This document shows, in pieces, positions 25,276 to 38,423 of a DNA stretch of 64,000 bases (the first letter of the stretch is position 1; every line of letters begins with the position of its first letter). The stretch comes from Felis catus. Its lineage: Eukaryota. Where the stretch lies: assembly GCF_018350175.1 (NCBI RefSeq), contig NC_058368.1, forward strand, positions 2,728,001 through 2,792,000, read 5' to 3'. The translations under genes and the position numbers were made by a program. Under the pieces are notes generated by a model, which was not told where the DNA came from, made no database searches, and saw only the letters and a list, made by a program, of their open reading frames with translations.

Positions 25276-25512
25276 ATGTGATAAGAGTTATTGACAAATA
25301 CTACACATTATGTAAGGTAATCAATGCTCAGAAGCCAGCACTGGAAACTATTTGGTGACACATCAAAGTCTGGGTTTGATACTATGAATAGGGCAGAATG
25401 ATGTAGTGTAGGGGTGTAAGGTTGTCATGTCAGCCATCTGTGTAACATCTTGATGATATTTCCCATCAGTGTTTTTCTTTAGCTCCTTCTTCTTCCCTCC
25501 TACTCTCTCTCT

Positions 25513-25581
25513 CTTCCTTCCTTCCTTCCTTCCTTCCTTCCTTCCTTCCTTCCTTCCTTCCACCTTTCTCCTTCACTGCCT

Positions 25582-25630
<49 letters not shown>

Positions 25631-25636
25631 TTTCTT
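25513..25636. repeat. Compound (CCTT)n/(CTTT)n microsatellite
   Basis: Read directly. Confidence 0.9.
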
Positions 25637-25929
25637 CCTCTTTTACTTAAATAAAGATTTCTTTTTAAAGGAAACCTCATATCATACTGCAAGCAGAAAA
25701 GTAGTATCTCTTTACCATAATTAGTTAAAGCAAAAACAGTGACTCCCAGAATGATAAACATTTAGCACGTAACCCACCAAGCTGCCCTTCCACGTGCCCC
25801 AGCTCTGCCGTGAACCTTGGTGGTGGACGAGCCACACGGTGAGAGATGTTCGCCCACGTTCAGAAATGCCCAAGAGCCCTGGGTAGAGAGGGGCCTACCT
25901 ACCCACAAAGTTGTGTTGTTTGGGAAACG

Positions 25930-26075
25930 TTACTTAGTCTCTTTGAATTTCCATTTCCTCATCAAAGACAGGGAATAATAAAGACTCCCTTTCAGAGTTA
26001 ATGTATCATAACAACATAACGTATGCAAAGTAATATTTAGCCCAGTGCCCGGCAGCAACGGTAGGACAATGAAGA
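25930..26075 (+). mobile_element. MIR fragment
   Basis: TTACTTAGTCTCTTTGAATTTCCATTTCCTCATC...GGGAATAATAA...TTTAGCCCAGTGCCCGGCA resembles the MIR core. Confidence 0.6.
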
Positions 26076-27354
26076 ATTTGAATCCTTTGTTTTTTCCAGG
26101 GAGCAAATGTGATGACAATTTTTGTCAGAGAAGGCAAACAGCGAATCCTGACAGCGTGGTCATAGATCTGGAATTACTCTTCGTTATACTTGAGTCATTT
26201 CACATTTGAAGGTGTTTGGTGGGACGGGGCCAGGGGTGTGAATGTGTCCCTCTGGGTGGCCCAGGGCTCAGCGGCAAGGGTGTGAGTAGGCCCTTCCCCC
26301 TCACACTCCGCGGATCCCACCACCGGGGGGCGCCCCAGCCACCCTGTCTTCAGCAAGGCCCTTTGCTTAGATTTCCTCTCCAGCCTCAGGAGTGCCGTCC
26401 TTCCTGGGTCAGGTGAGGGGAGGGAGTGTGGGATGGCGACCAGGAGGAAGGGGCCGGGGGTGCTGGCGCCTGGCCAGGTAACAGACACCTGCCGGCGCTC
26501 CCTGGCACTGGGCCTGGTGCTGCCTGCGACCCTGGGCACCTCTGAGCTCTTGTGGTTTTGGCATCTGAGGGGAGAGCTCTTCTGCCACTGTGTTCCTGCT
26601 GTAAGCCATTCCCCCTGCCCGTGGTAACCTTCAGGAGCTGGGGAGAAGCCCACTCCTCAGGACTCCCCACTCCACGCCCACCAGGCGGCCCTTCTGTTGG
26701 TTGTGGTGTTATGACCGCAGCAACCGGGGGAGAGAGGGCAGCTCACATTTATCAAGGGTTACAGAACACCATGTACCAAGAGTGGAGTGCTGGGAGGCAG
26801 TTACGTCCACAGGAGGCAGAGTGCTTTATCATGGGTAGTTAAAGAAAATTAAAGAGGAAACTTCCAGAAAGCAAATCTTTCCCCCACATCCTTCCGTTTT
26901 CCTGATAGGTAAATGAAGTCGCAAAAATGGCGAGCCTTCTCCAAGGCTGGTTCCTCAGCAGAGCTACAAGCTCTAACTCAACTGCTAGGAACGAATCCGT
27001 AAGTCGATTCACTGGACCTCACAACTCATTCATTGTGCACCTTTTAATTGTTTGTAGCTTTTGTAATCATGGGATGATTGTTTTCACGAAGCTCAGATGC
27101 CTAGACAAGGCTACAAAGGTGCTTTAACTCGTGACTCACTTTGCAGTGGAAAGCAAAGGAGATACAAGATTTGCAGGCTTTGTAATCAAATTATAAGAAC
27201 ATCATCAAGGAAAACAGTCTAAGGTTTAAAGTGCTTTAGGAAATGAAGTTCATACTTCCGGCAGACCGTGGAGCAAGGCAGAGCCCTTTATTTCCATTCT
27301 GCAGAGGACTGGTTTTTTTCTGTGCAAAGTCATTTTCTCTCTTCCTCCTTTTTT

Positions 27355-27576
27355 CTTTCTTTTCAAAAAATGTTTACTTATTCTTGAGAGAGAGAGAGAG
27401 AAAGAGAAGCAGAGCGTCAGCGAGGGAGGGGCAGAGAGAGAGGGAGACACAGAATCTGAAACAGGCTCCAGGCTCCGAGCTGTCAGCACAGAGCCCAACA
27501 TGGGGCTCAAACCCACAAACAGTGAGATCATGAGTTGAAGTCAGAGGCTTAACTGACTGAGCCATGCAGGTGCCCC
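27355..27576 (-). mobile_element. Can-SINE
   Basis: GAGACACAGAATCTGAAACAGGCTCCAGGCTCCGAGCTGTCAGCACAGAGCCC body, head ...CAGGTGCCCC. Confidence 0.92.
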
Positions 27577-27603
27577 CCCCCTTACTCTTTTCAATCTCTC
27601 TCT

Positions 27604-27805
27604 TTTTTTTTTAATGTTCATTTATTTTTGAGAGAGAGGGACAGAGTGCGAGCAGGGGAGGGGCAGAGACACAGAATCCGAAGCAGGCTCCGGGCTCCGA
27701 GCTGTCAGCACAGAGAGCCCGACGCAGGGCTCGAACTCCCCAGTCATGAGACCATGACCTGAGCTGAAGTCGGCTGCTTAACGCATTGAGGCCACCCAGG
27801 TGCCC
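27604..27805 (-). mobile_element. Can-SINE
   Basis: Second copy directly adjacent in the same orientation, head ...CCACCCAGGTGCCC. Confidence 0.92.
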
Positions 27806-29635
27806 TCCTTTTGTTCAACCCTTGTCCCTACCATCTTTCTCAAATCTTCATCGAGAACGCACTGTGTTACATCCTTGGGGCACGAGCACAGAGAAAGGTA
27901 GGTCCTGCCCCCACAGTAAAAACTCAGTGCAACCAGAATTCTGTGTGGTAAGTTTGCATTTCGATTATGTACGGGATCGCTCCACGCACTCGAGGGTCCC
28001 CCATTGGACTCAGCTCAGTGCTCCTCCGGTTGGCCTTCCCACACCCACCCTGGCACCCTCCACTCTGTTCTCAGTTATCTTTATCTCTTCAAAACATGAT
28101 ACTACCAACCGCAAACTGGAATCTCCCACCGGCCTGTGGAGCTCTGTGTGTTTGCAGTTCCTCTGACCCCCTGGCTTACCCATACTTCTTCACTTGGTTA
28201 CTTTTACTCACCCTTATGAGTGCCACACTCTTTCGGGAAGCCCAGTCTGCCAGGGACCTTTGCTACAGACTCTCTTAGCGCTGTAATTCTTCCTCTTGGC
28301 CCTTTTTACCCCTGTGGGATTATTTGAGTACTGTCTACCTTAATCTCGACCTCGCTCCTATGCACACACAAAGTGGGTTCTCAGTCCCATGAGGGCAGGG
28401 AATGATGTGCGAGGCTGTCTAGGGTAGATTTTCGGGAGGGAGTCCAAGGTAACCCCTGGGCACAAGGACTAAAACGTGCTGTGTGTTGCTCCCACAGCAC
28501 ACAGTGCTGGTCCTGGCACGCATACGTGTGCTCAGGAGATGCACAGTGAATTTGTTTTTAGTAGCCACCAGAAAGAAAAACGTAGTCTTGTTTATAACCC
28601 CTTGGGGGTCGGTGGACAAGAACCCTTGGTTCAAGGCTCCCATCACTTTATTGAGTTGAGGTATGTTCTTTCTACATAAATTTTGTCCAGCCTAGACAGT
28701 CTCATGACAAGTGGAGACAATCTTAAAATATAGTAGTCTAGCATCAGGTTAGCTGTAACAGTGAAATTTTCATCTCACAAATATTGGGGGCGGAGAAAGG
28801 CTGAGTGAGATTAAAAGGACCTGTTAGGTTTCTTAATGCTACATTGACATTTTTCCAGAAGGTACAGGTGAGCCCTACTCTCGTGCAGCAGAGTCCCCTA
28901 GGTGACCTTCGGAAAAGACTCTAAGGCTTGGACACTGGTTTTCCTTTGCATCAAACATTTATTGCCCTCTTGCCACGGATATAAGCTCTTAACTCCTCGG
29001 CCTGTTGCCTTTCTTCTTTAAAGTGTTCATCTCTCATCCTGTCTCTTAGAGACCCATCTTCTTTCCACCAGCTGAGGTTAGCTGCCGTTAGGATATCTCC
29101 ACAATCACCTCAGTGTTTCCCTTCCTTGATGCTGCTGGGGAAAGAAGGCATTGATCATTTTGTTTGAAACTGAGACTAGTAAGAATATATATAAGCTTAG
29201 AGAAGTCTTTAAGAAATTTTACCAGATTCCCTGCAGTAAAGGTTCTGGTCTAAACTTGTCCTTAGCATTCCATGTTATTTTCCAATGCCGCTGTGGTTTA
29301 GCCAAGGAGCCCTCTCGGGAGTCGGGAAGGAAGATCTGGGATTTTCACCCAGGCTCCGCTCCTCATCGGTCATGGGACCCTTTGCTCTTTGGCTTCCTTG
29401 CTTGTGAAAAGAAGGTTTGTAGGCCTAATTCTCAGGGTCCTCATGAATAAGTGTCTGGCACAGAACTCGCAGAAGTAGAATTTCATAAATGTGAATTTCC
29501 TACAAGTTATTAGTTTACTTCCCTAGTTGAGAAATTTGGGAAGAATGCAGAAATTATACTATAGAATTTCAGAAAGCATTTGGGTTGAATTGGCTGATGG
29601 AAATATTGATTACAAAGGTGGTAGCTACTACACTA

Positions 29636-29900
29636 ATCTATCTACCTACCTACTTTCCATCATCCATCCATCTATCCGTCTCTCCATCTCTCCATCCACA
29701 TATCCATCTATCTGTCATCTATTTCCCTGTCATCTTCATCTACCTATATCTATCTACCTACCTACTATCCATCTATCCATTATCTATCTATCTGTCTTCA
29801 TCATCATCATCATCATCATCATCATCGTCATCATTATCTATCTTCATCATCATCATCATCATCATTATCTATCTCTCTATCTACCTACCTATGTATCTAT
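29636..29900. repeat. Compound (CTAT/CCAT)n and (CAT)n simple repeat
   Basis: Read directly; explains the poly-Ile/Ser/His ORFs in the track. Confidence 0.9.
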
Positions 29901-30945
29901 CCACACACATACCCATAAATATGAATACAAATACAAATAATTAAGCTTGGGGTAGGAACTTTTGTCCCAGTTGAAAGGGGTGTTTTAAATTTAAAGAGTT
30001 TTCATTGAAGTAATTAAAACCATATGACAGCTGTGGACCCTTGACCTCCAGATTTGTCTTTCTAATTGCTTCCTGCACATCTGCATGTGATGTCACAAAA
30101 TCCACTTATAAGCTTTACCTTCATATCTGCTCTGCTTGTTGATATTTTCCATCCTGGTGTATGGGATCATCATCTGTCTATGAAGTCACCTAAGCCAGAA
30201 ACCAAAGACAGCTGTGTTTGGTTTTCTTGTTTCTTATACCCTGTTCCCTTGGTTGGTACCCTAGCTCCTAGACATGCCTTGGTTCTGTCCTGTTGGGCAT
30301 CCCCTCTTCCCAGGCCATAGCTGCAGAAATGAAAATTAAGGATATTGTCACTTGGAAGAAAAAATGGATTCTGTATTTCTTAAGACAAATTTGTATAACA
30401 AATATCAAAGTAAATTTGGCAATTACATAGTTGGAGGGGATCTTTGAAATCAGGTGCTGAGCTTTCCCGAGGAAAAGGTGCATCCTGGCCACCTTTCCTT
30501 CATGTCTCCCTGTCCTCAAACTTGGGCCTCCCCTGCCCCTTTGAAGCTGTGAAAACTTTGACTTAAAATCAATGATCTAATTGCTCTCACACATTTTGAA
30601 TTCCTTTCAAGAAAACAAATATTTACATTTACAAATACATATATTAATTTCCAGTCCCCAACTTCTTATCAATCCTATTAAAAAAATACATATCCCCAGT
30701 CTCTATTTTTGAAGGTCTTCCTTTCTTGTTTTCTTCATGTGGTCCTTGAAATCTAATGATGTTAATTGTATTTAGTTTTCATTGATTGAAATGTAATATT
30801 CCTACTGAATTGCTGTTTCTTATGTTTGGCTAAAGCACTCTATGCATTTAAGTAAATCTCTTCTGGATTAAACAGGTTCTTAATGCTTCTACTGTGTCCT
30901 CAGTATCTCTAGTCCCCCAACTATTAATAATGTCCAATGAACTAT

Positions 30946-31685
30946 TGTATAATAAAGAACCTGACTGGTTGCTGTCCCAGGTTCCTGGAACAGAGCCTTG
31001 ATGCCTTTGGAATTTCTTAATAGAAGCATCTCTGTTATTCATGGTGGATCCCTCAGACCACATCTGAGTTTATGCTAATGATGGTGATTTGAGGTAGGTT
31101 ACTAAATAGTTTTAGAATGAAGGCTGGCCATGCCATAAAGACCAAACAAGTCATTAGAGGGTTGAAGTTCTGAGCCAGGTGGCATCGGCCTGACCTCCTA
31201 GCCTCTGGGGAGGGGATAAGGGCTGTAGACTGACTTGTCATACGGCCAATGATTCAGTCAGTTGTGCCAATGTAGCAGAATCCTCCAAAAAACTGGACAC
31301 CGAGGCTCGAGTGAGCTTTCTGGTTGGTGATATACTTTGATGTGTCAGGAGGATGACACAACCTGAGGACATATTTGGGACTCTCTCAAATCTTGCTCTG
31401 CGTGACTCTTCATTTGGCTATTCTGATTGGTAACTTTTATAATACAACTGTGATTGTAATTACGGAGGTTTCCCGAGTTCTACAAGTCATTCTAGTGAAT
31501 TATCAAACCTGAGGGAGGGTCTGGGAACTCTTAAATTGTTAGCCAGTTGGTCAGAAATGTGGGTGGCCTGGTACTCCCAAGCTTCTGGGTTGTGTCCGAA
31601 GTGAGGGCTGTCTTGTGGAGGACTGAGCCCTAACTCCCTGAAGTTTGACCTACCTCTGGGTATTTAGTGTCAGAAGTGCGTTGCA
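30946..31685 (+). mobile_element. MER21-family ERVL solo LTR
   Basis: TG...CA termini with a perfect 5-bp TSD ACTAT (30941-30945, 31686-31690); CCCAGGTTCCTGGAACAGAGCC, AAAGACCAA, CTTGTGGAGGACTGAGCCCTAAC, TTAGTGTCAGAA motifs. Confidence 0.85.
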
Positions 31686-31701
31686 ACTATTACTTGCCTT
31701 C

Positions 31702-32223
31702 TGTATTATCAGAGTTCTGTAGAGCAGCAGAACTAAAAGGAATGTATAGCATACAGAAGAAGAGATTTATTACATGAATTGGCTCACATGGTTATGGAGG
31801 CCGAGAAACCTCACAATCTGCCTTCTGCAAGCTGAGAAACTAGCAAGGCCAGCGTGAAACTTAGTATGAGTTCAAAGGCCTGGGAATGGCAGAGGGAGGA
31901 GGGCTGTGCTGCTGATGGTGTAGGTCCTGGAGCCTGAAAGCCCGAGAACCAAGGTGGTAAAGTCCAAGGGCAGCCGAAGATTGATGTCTCAGTTCAAGCT
32001 GAGAGACAAATTCCCCCTCCCTCTGCCTTTTTGTTCCATCCAGTCCTTCCAGGGGTTGGCTGATACCCACGCACACTGATAGGATGATTTTCTTTGCCTC
32101 ATGTACTGAGTCAACTGCTAATCTCTTCCAGAGACACCCTCACAGACACACCCAGAAACAATGTCTTACCAGCTATCGGGCATCCCTTGGCCCAGTCAAG
32201 TTGACACAAAATGAACCATCAGA
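31702..32223 (-). mobile_element. MLT2-family ERVL solo LTR
   Basis: GAATTGGCTCACATGGTTATGGAGGCCGAGAA...CACCCTCACAGACACACCCAGAAA...GCCCAGTCAAGTTGACACA; TSD CCTTC/TCTTC. Confidence 0.88.
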
Positions 32224-33252
32224 TCTTCCATCCTGCTCTCAATCCATCGCATTGCCTCCTTCCAAAAAAGTCTTCTGCTTCAGCTGGGCTGATCGGCTCT
32301 CTGCTCAAGTACGTGCTCCTTTTAGCTTCTGATGGGGATGCCTTTCCTTTCCTACGACACCATTCTTTCACCTATCATCAGCATTTGGCTCATGTCCCAC
32401 CTCTTCCTTAGGACCTTACCTCATGTGCTGTACTCTTCTTCTCTTAACGACAACACAGGAAATTAGCGTTTATTTTGAGAGTATATTGTTTTCCTAACAG
32501 CATAGTAAGAGACACTGAAGCCCTTACCTTCGGCTTCCTATTAAGAAAAAGCTCTGTTTAGCATAGTGATGAAAACTTACAACTTAACACATACTGAATA
32601 ATTGAATAATGAAAGATTAAAAGGACACTTGTGCTCACATTCATACAGACTGTAGACTGCACTGCCACGCAGAAGACCTTTGTAGAACTTCAGGTTTAGA
32701 AGGGACTTTGAAGGTCCTCTGGTAAGATGGCTTTGTTTCACTTAGTAAGCGTTCCATAAATATTTGCAGAATGAATGAAGGGAAGGAAAGAGGATCCCTT
32801 GAGAGCAGTTGACTTGCCCAAGAACCAAAGCTATTAACATTTATTAAAAGAATGAATCCAGACTAATCCAGGACAACAATAAGATCACTCTCTCCTCTTT
32901 CCATGTGACCCTATTTAGCAGCCACACTCTCCTCCCTCACTTGGTTATTGGGCTCAGAATGCGAGTCTCTTTTCTAGTGCTAATAATACTCAAATAATAA
33001 TAAATATCTTAGAGAGTGAATCGTTTCCCACTTATTGTCTTTGAAATATAAAGACTTTACCTCAGATCAACATTTAAGTTCTTAATGAGCATTTCCTCCT
33101 AAGAGGCTCACCTTATGTAGGATGAAATAAATCGATAAGCCTGGTATGCAGGATAAAAGGGAAGTCAAAAAAAATCAAAGTGTCCAAAATTGGGGTCTGG
33201 TTATCATATATATTTAAGTCCTAATTATTTCTATTAAAATACCTGCTTGTTA

Positions 33253-33736
33253 GCCAAATTATGGAAAGAGCCCAAATGTCCATCAAGTGATGAATGGATA
33301 AAGAAGATGTGGTTTATATACACAATGGAATACTACTTGGCAATGAGAAAGAATGAAATCTGGCCATTTGCAGCAACGTGGGTGGAACTGGAAGGTATTA
33401 TGCTGAGTGAAATACATCAGTCAGAGAAAAACAGATACCATGTGTTTTCACTTACGTGTGGACCTGAGAAACTTACCAGAAGACCATGGCGGGGGGGGGG
33501 GGGGGGGGGGGGGGGGGAAGGAGAAAAAATAGTTACAGAGAGGGAAGGAGGCAAACCATAAGAGACTCTTAAAAACTGAGAATAAACTGAGGGTGGATGA
33601 GGGGTGGGAGGGAGGGGAGGGTGGGGGATGGGCATTGGGGGGCACCTGTTGGGATGAGCCTTGGGTGTTGTATGGAAACCAATCTGACAATAAATTATAT
33701 TAAGAAAAAAATAAATAAAAGTTTTAAGGAATAAAA
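33253..33736 (+). mobile_element. 5'-truncated felid L1 (L1_Fc-like): ORF2 C-terminus, 3'UTR and A-tail
   Basis: Translates AKLWKEPKCPSSDEWIKKMWFIYTMEYYLAMRKNEIWPFAATWVELEGIMLSEI (L1 ORF2 end); 17-bp TSD AAAATACCTGCTTGTTA at 33236-33252 and 33737-33753 at a TT/AAAA site. Confidence 0.97.
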
Positions 33737-35429
33737 AAAATACCTGCTTGTTATTTTTGAAAAATAGCACAGACACTTGTTTTCTAAATGGTGATGTTTT
33801 ATTGCCTACAAAGATGTTTTGTGTATTTCAAGATATAAAAGCAATTTTGCTCGTTTTCCAAATGAACAACACTACTGGTGATGAACTGCTAATCCACCAA
33901 GGGAAGACTGTGGAGGACCCTCTCTTCCTTTTAGGACTTTAAGCAAAAGTATTTACTTGGTATCTTTTAAATACAAATCACCATGATTGGCTTGGCAGAG
34001 TTCCAGAAGTCATTCCCAAGGGGATATTTGTAGAGCATATAGGAGGCAGGGGTTTGTCTTGGTTTGCTTAAAGATGAAGTGGGAATCTGAGGACTGCTTC
34101 CAAGTACCCATGGCCATGAGAACCTTGTCTAGAGTGTATCCTCTGGAGCCTTTGGTTCTCTGCATGCACTTGTCCCATCATTCCAGAGGAAGACGGTCTA
34201 CAGTCTCCATGGTGTCAGCAGCATGTCTGAATGCCCTTTGACATGGTGGAGATCACAGGAAAGTGTTGAATCTGATTCTTCCTGAGGAAGGACAGAATTG
34301 GCCGTGTCAAGGTCGGTGAGGGTTCTCAGAAAGAGAAGGGAGAGCATTGCCTCCCATGCTCGGACTCCTGGACTGAAACCATTGCAGGAGCAACACTGGG
34401 TTGACTTGTGTGACAGTAGCAGGTTCTTTGCGCCGATCAAGTCCTTGTTCTTCGTTTAGGAGCTGGCAACGACAATCCCTGGCCACTCGGGCTTGTTTTG
34501 TAAGTACCGAATGAGATAACATCTGTAAAGACTCAGAGCGGTGCCTGACACTCAGAAGGTGCTCAACAATTTTTATGAGTTAACTTATGCCCAGACAATT
34601 GCTAACTATACCATATACCTTGCATGAGGTGTGACAGTATACATCACTGCTGTAATGGACTAGAACAATGGGACAATTGAAATCCCTAGGCCCAGGTCTT
34701 TGCTTTAAGGCCCGGCTATTTCTTTTGGTCAAAATGTATTACTCACTTTAGTGCATTCCTAACCTTAAGTGCTTTTCTACTCCTAGAAAAATCTTATGCA
34801 TCTATTTAAAGATGAGTATTTGCGTTCTTTGAAAGTGTGCTTTCTGGGGCGTTTTAGAGGAAAACAAAAGCATGTAACCCAGAGCAACTTGCCAGAGTTT
34901 CGTGACTGTTAATGGGACAATACAGCATAAAGTTCAAAGACACTTGGTTTATGGTTCAGTTAGTGATCAGTCCATCTAATGCTGACATTCTATGGTTGAG
35001 ACGAGCAATTCTAGAAACTGAAGGCAGGAGCAGCTACTTGGAACCGAGGAATGGCAAACAAAGTTGGCTTCCTCAACTGTCTCTGCTCTGGTTATGAGGG
35101 CCTGGACCTCCCCTATGTCCCCTGCTGTCAGGATGGCAGGTCAGCATCGTCTTTAGTTATACCCCTGTGACACGTGAGTCTGTGAAATTTCTCATATTAT
35201 GTTCAGAATCAAAGCACATTAAGTCTCCCAGGCTCCTGCTTAGGGCTTTCCCTTCGGGGCTGCTAGAATTCACCTGGGGTGCTTGATATCCATTTGCATC
35301 ATCTGTGGTGACAGGATTCATTAAGCAAAATGCCAGTATAAACAAAACTTCAGAGAGGATATTTCCAATGCAAACATTTGGCAACACCTGCGAGCTAAGT
35401 GCAAATGGTGTGCACACCACAGATGTGTT

Positions 35430-35600
35430 TGATGCACGGTATTTGCCGAGCAACGGCTCTGTGCTTGCATTTGCCCTTGCAGCCCTTCGAGGTAGATCCT
35501 ATTATGGCCCCCATTTACCATATATGGAAACTAAAGTTCAGAGTGATTCAGTAGCTCCTCTAAGATCTTACGGCCAGTCCGAGGCAAAGTCACGCCATGT
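35430..35600 (-). mobile_element. MIR fragment
   Basis: CAGCCCTTCGAGGTAGATCCTATTATGGCCCCCATTTACCATATATGGAAACTAAAGTTCAGAG. Confidence 0.6.
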
Positions 35601-35629
35601 TCTGAAGAACTAAGCTAGAGTCTCAAGAA

Positions 35630-36050
35630 TCATGTGTGTCTGACTCGTAAATGCACGCAAGTCAGTACAAGTAAAAGTGCATCCGGCCAAGAATCCCTCT
35701 GCATCTGAGCTTTATTTTTCTTCTTCAATAAAGAGAAAGTCCTTATTAAAGTCCTTAAATCGAGGAGTCCCATGATGAACATTTTCTGGGGTCTGTTCAG
35801 CTGTTTGATAATGTCTGGGCTCTGAGTTGGTGTTCCCGTGATTCTCATGGTGGCTTCAAGCATCGTTTCCTCCTGTGATCACGTGGAAAAGTAGGAAGAA
35901 AGGCTGGCAAAGACCATCGTCCTCATGTGTCTCTCTTCTACCCTGAAAGAAACACCTTCTCCAGAAGTTCTCCTGGGAAGACTTTGCCCAAGCGGGCTAG
36001 TCACGTGTCTGGGCTCAGCTGTAGTGAGGTTGGGGAGGCAACTGACCTCT
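35630..36050 (-). mobile_element. Old MaLR LTR remnant (MLT1J-like)
   Basis: Degenerate ...CCTTCTCCAGAAG...GCTAGTCACGTG...AGCTGTAGTGAGGTTGGGGAGGC motifs; ends uncertain. Confidence 0.4.
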
Positions 36051-36611
36051 TGTGCTCTTTGGATGACTCTATTTGATTATTATAACTATCATTTTTTAAG
36101 TGAGGTAATTATTGGTGATGAACCGTTGGCACACTGAACCAAATGGGTTCAAAAATCAAAAATCACTTCTAACTAGTAAGGACATGCAAGTTAATAATAG
36201 CCGTGGGAAACATGGCTAAGGTTGACCAAACGTTGTACTAAGAGCTTTGCCCACACCGTTCTGGGCAGTCGGCACCACAATGAAGACAATCCCTCCCACT
36301 TGGCACCTGAGCTTTCCACGGGGTTGGGTTTCCACAGGTTAAGCGGTCTGCCCATGATCACAAAGCCCACCCACAGCAGAGGCCATGCAGGGGCCCAGCA
36401 CTTCACCATTTTACTGCTAAGCTGCCTCTGAGGTCGTGACACCTTAGCTTGGGGGCCCCCTGTTTACTCTGAAGAGAGAGACCCTTTATCTGGGTACTAT
36501 AAAGCAATTACTGCCCCCATGTCCCCTCAATATTCCTATGGGGACTGGGTCCTTCTTGGCTCTTTCCTAACTGTGGCTCATGGCTCCTGTGGTGGCTTTG
36601 GCTCCAACATT

Positions 36612-36828
36612 AAAAAAAATTTTTTTTTAAATGTTTATTCACTTTTGAGAGACAGAAAGAGACAGAGCATGAGAAGAGGAAGGGCAGAGAGAGAGGGCGA
36701 CACAGAATCCGAAGCAGGCTCCAGGCTCTGAGCTGTCAGCACAGAGCCCAACCTGAGGCTCAAACCCATGAACCGTGAGATCATGACCTGAGCCAAAGTT
36801 GGATGCTTAACTGACTGAGCCACCCAGG
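36612..36828 (-). mobile_element. Can-SINE, SINEC_Fc-like
   Basis: Typical body; TSD GGCTCCAACATT at 36600-36611 and 36827-36838. Confidence 0.95.
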
Positions 36829-38297
36829 CTCCAACATTTTTACCGTCTACTTGGGCTTCCCTATCTTTCTTTAGATGGAAACTTTGGTTTTCCACTTGTT
36901 AGCAAGATACAGTGTTTATGAAAGTTTTGGAATTAGTTTTATCTTTGATGGTCTCATGCTCTTACACATTTTCTTCCCTAGCAAGCTTTTAAAATTAGAA
37001 ATATAGCTGCAGAAGGATTTATTCTTCTATTGTCCAAAGCCAGTCCCTGGGGTGATGGGGCTAATCTTTGTTTTTCTATTAGCGCCACGCCTCATGTAGG
37101 AAAGAAACAGCCCAAGAATCTTAGCCATAAAGTTACCATGTATTCTTGAAACTTGTCCCTATTCTGTACTGCTTGGGACACCTCTCTACAGGTGTGCAGA
37201 CCTAATATTTATTTCTTATCTCCTTATTTAACATTCCATGCGAGGTGGAGGCCCCTGCTTGAGCTGAAGCCGAGGTTACGGACATGTCTGGGCATCTGAT
37301 GAACTGTTTGAGGCAAGCTCTGAATCAGTGTGGATTTGCCTGGTCTTAATTTTTGAAAAGATGGCTGGTGGAACATGAAATGGCAAGGCCAGCAGAAGGT
37401 GTTTGTCCTGGAGGCTGGCTTCTGGCCCTGTTTCAGCCTCATGCTGGAGACCAGGGTTTTAGGCAGAAGTTGAAGGAACAGGACTCTGGGTGGCCTGAGA
37501 GTACAAGAAGCCCTAGGGGTGACCAAATGTGACCCAAAGTCCGCGAGAGGACTGTTGCCACTTCTGCACAGAGCACAGCATGGCTTGGGGCATGCGATAC
37601 ACAGAGAAAGCACTCAGTGGTTACTTGCTGAATGAACAAAGGAAGGAGTGACTGTTTAGAGACAATAGAGGCTGAACATCCCCTCAAGGATGTGCAGCTT
37701 GGAAAGCCCCAGAACTGTGCCTGAGGAGCAGGCTAAAGCTGCCAAGCTGAGTTCTGGATCCAGACCATGAGGGTCTCCAAGAAGCTCTTGGGGTCAATGT
37801 TCTTAGCAAGAGGAGACTGAGGAGGACAATGTGGAGAATACCAGGTAGAGAAAACTGTTATTTCATGGAAACTCCCCGGACTTCTGGAAAGAACACAGGC
37901 GTTGAAGGCCTCTAGACAGGGGTGGGGGAGAGTGAGGGGTTGTGAATAACACAAAGGCATCTAGCTGAGGCCAACTAGATGGAAATCCGCCTCCCTCACT
38001 GCTTGCAAAGATCTGGAGGGGATGCCCTATGCTGATCCCACGTAGTGCCCTATGGCCTAGCAATGGCTTCCTTAGGAGCAGTGACTGTGACCCTGTTTGT
38101 ACCTAGAAGCCAGGGAGGCCCTGAGAAGACAGATGCCATGATCCAAGTGTTAAATCTCTTGAAAAGAAGCCATTCAACTTACCTTTGTTTACTTCTACAC
38201 TGTGTCTTTCATACGGAAACTTTTCAATAATTATTTATTGATTAATTCATCACTATTATTTACTTGGGTCTTAAACTGATATAGACATGATTGTATT

Positions 38298-38423
38298 TCT
38301 ATCTCTGTATACAGTTGGTTGTGAACGACATATAGAGTTGATTGTATCTATCATCTATCTATCTCTGTATACAGTTGGTTGTGAACGACATATAGAGTTG
38401 ATTGTATCTATCATCTATCTATC
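38298..38423. repeat. Exact 60-bp tandem duplication (2.1 copies)
   Basis: TCTATCTCTGTATACAGTTGGTTGTGAACGACATATAGAGTTGATTGTATCTATCATCTA occurs twice in a row. Confidence 0.95.

Noticed and set aside
33247..33561. 104-aa ORF as a host CDS
   Set aside because: It is the C-terminus of L1 ORF2 in a 5'-truncated insertion with TSDs.
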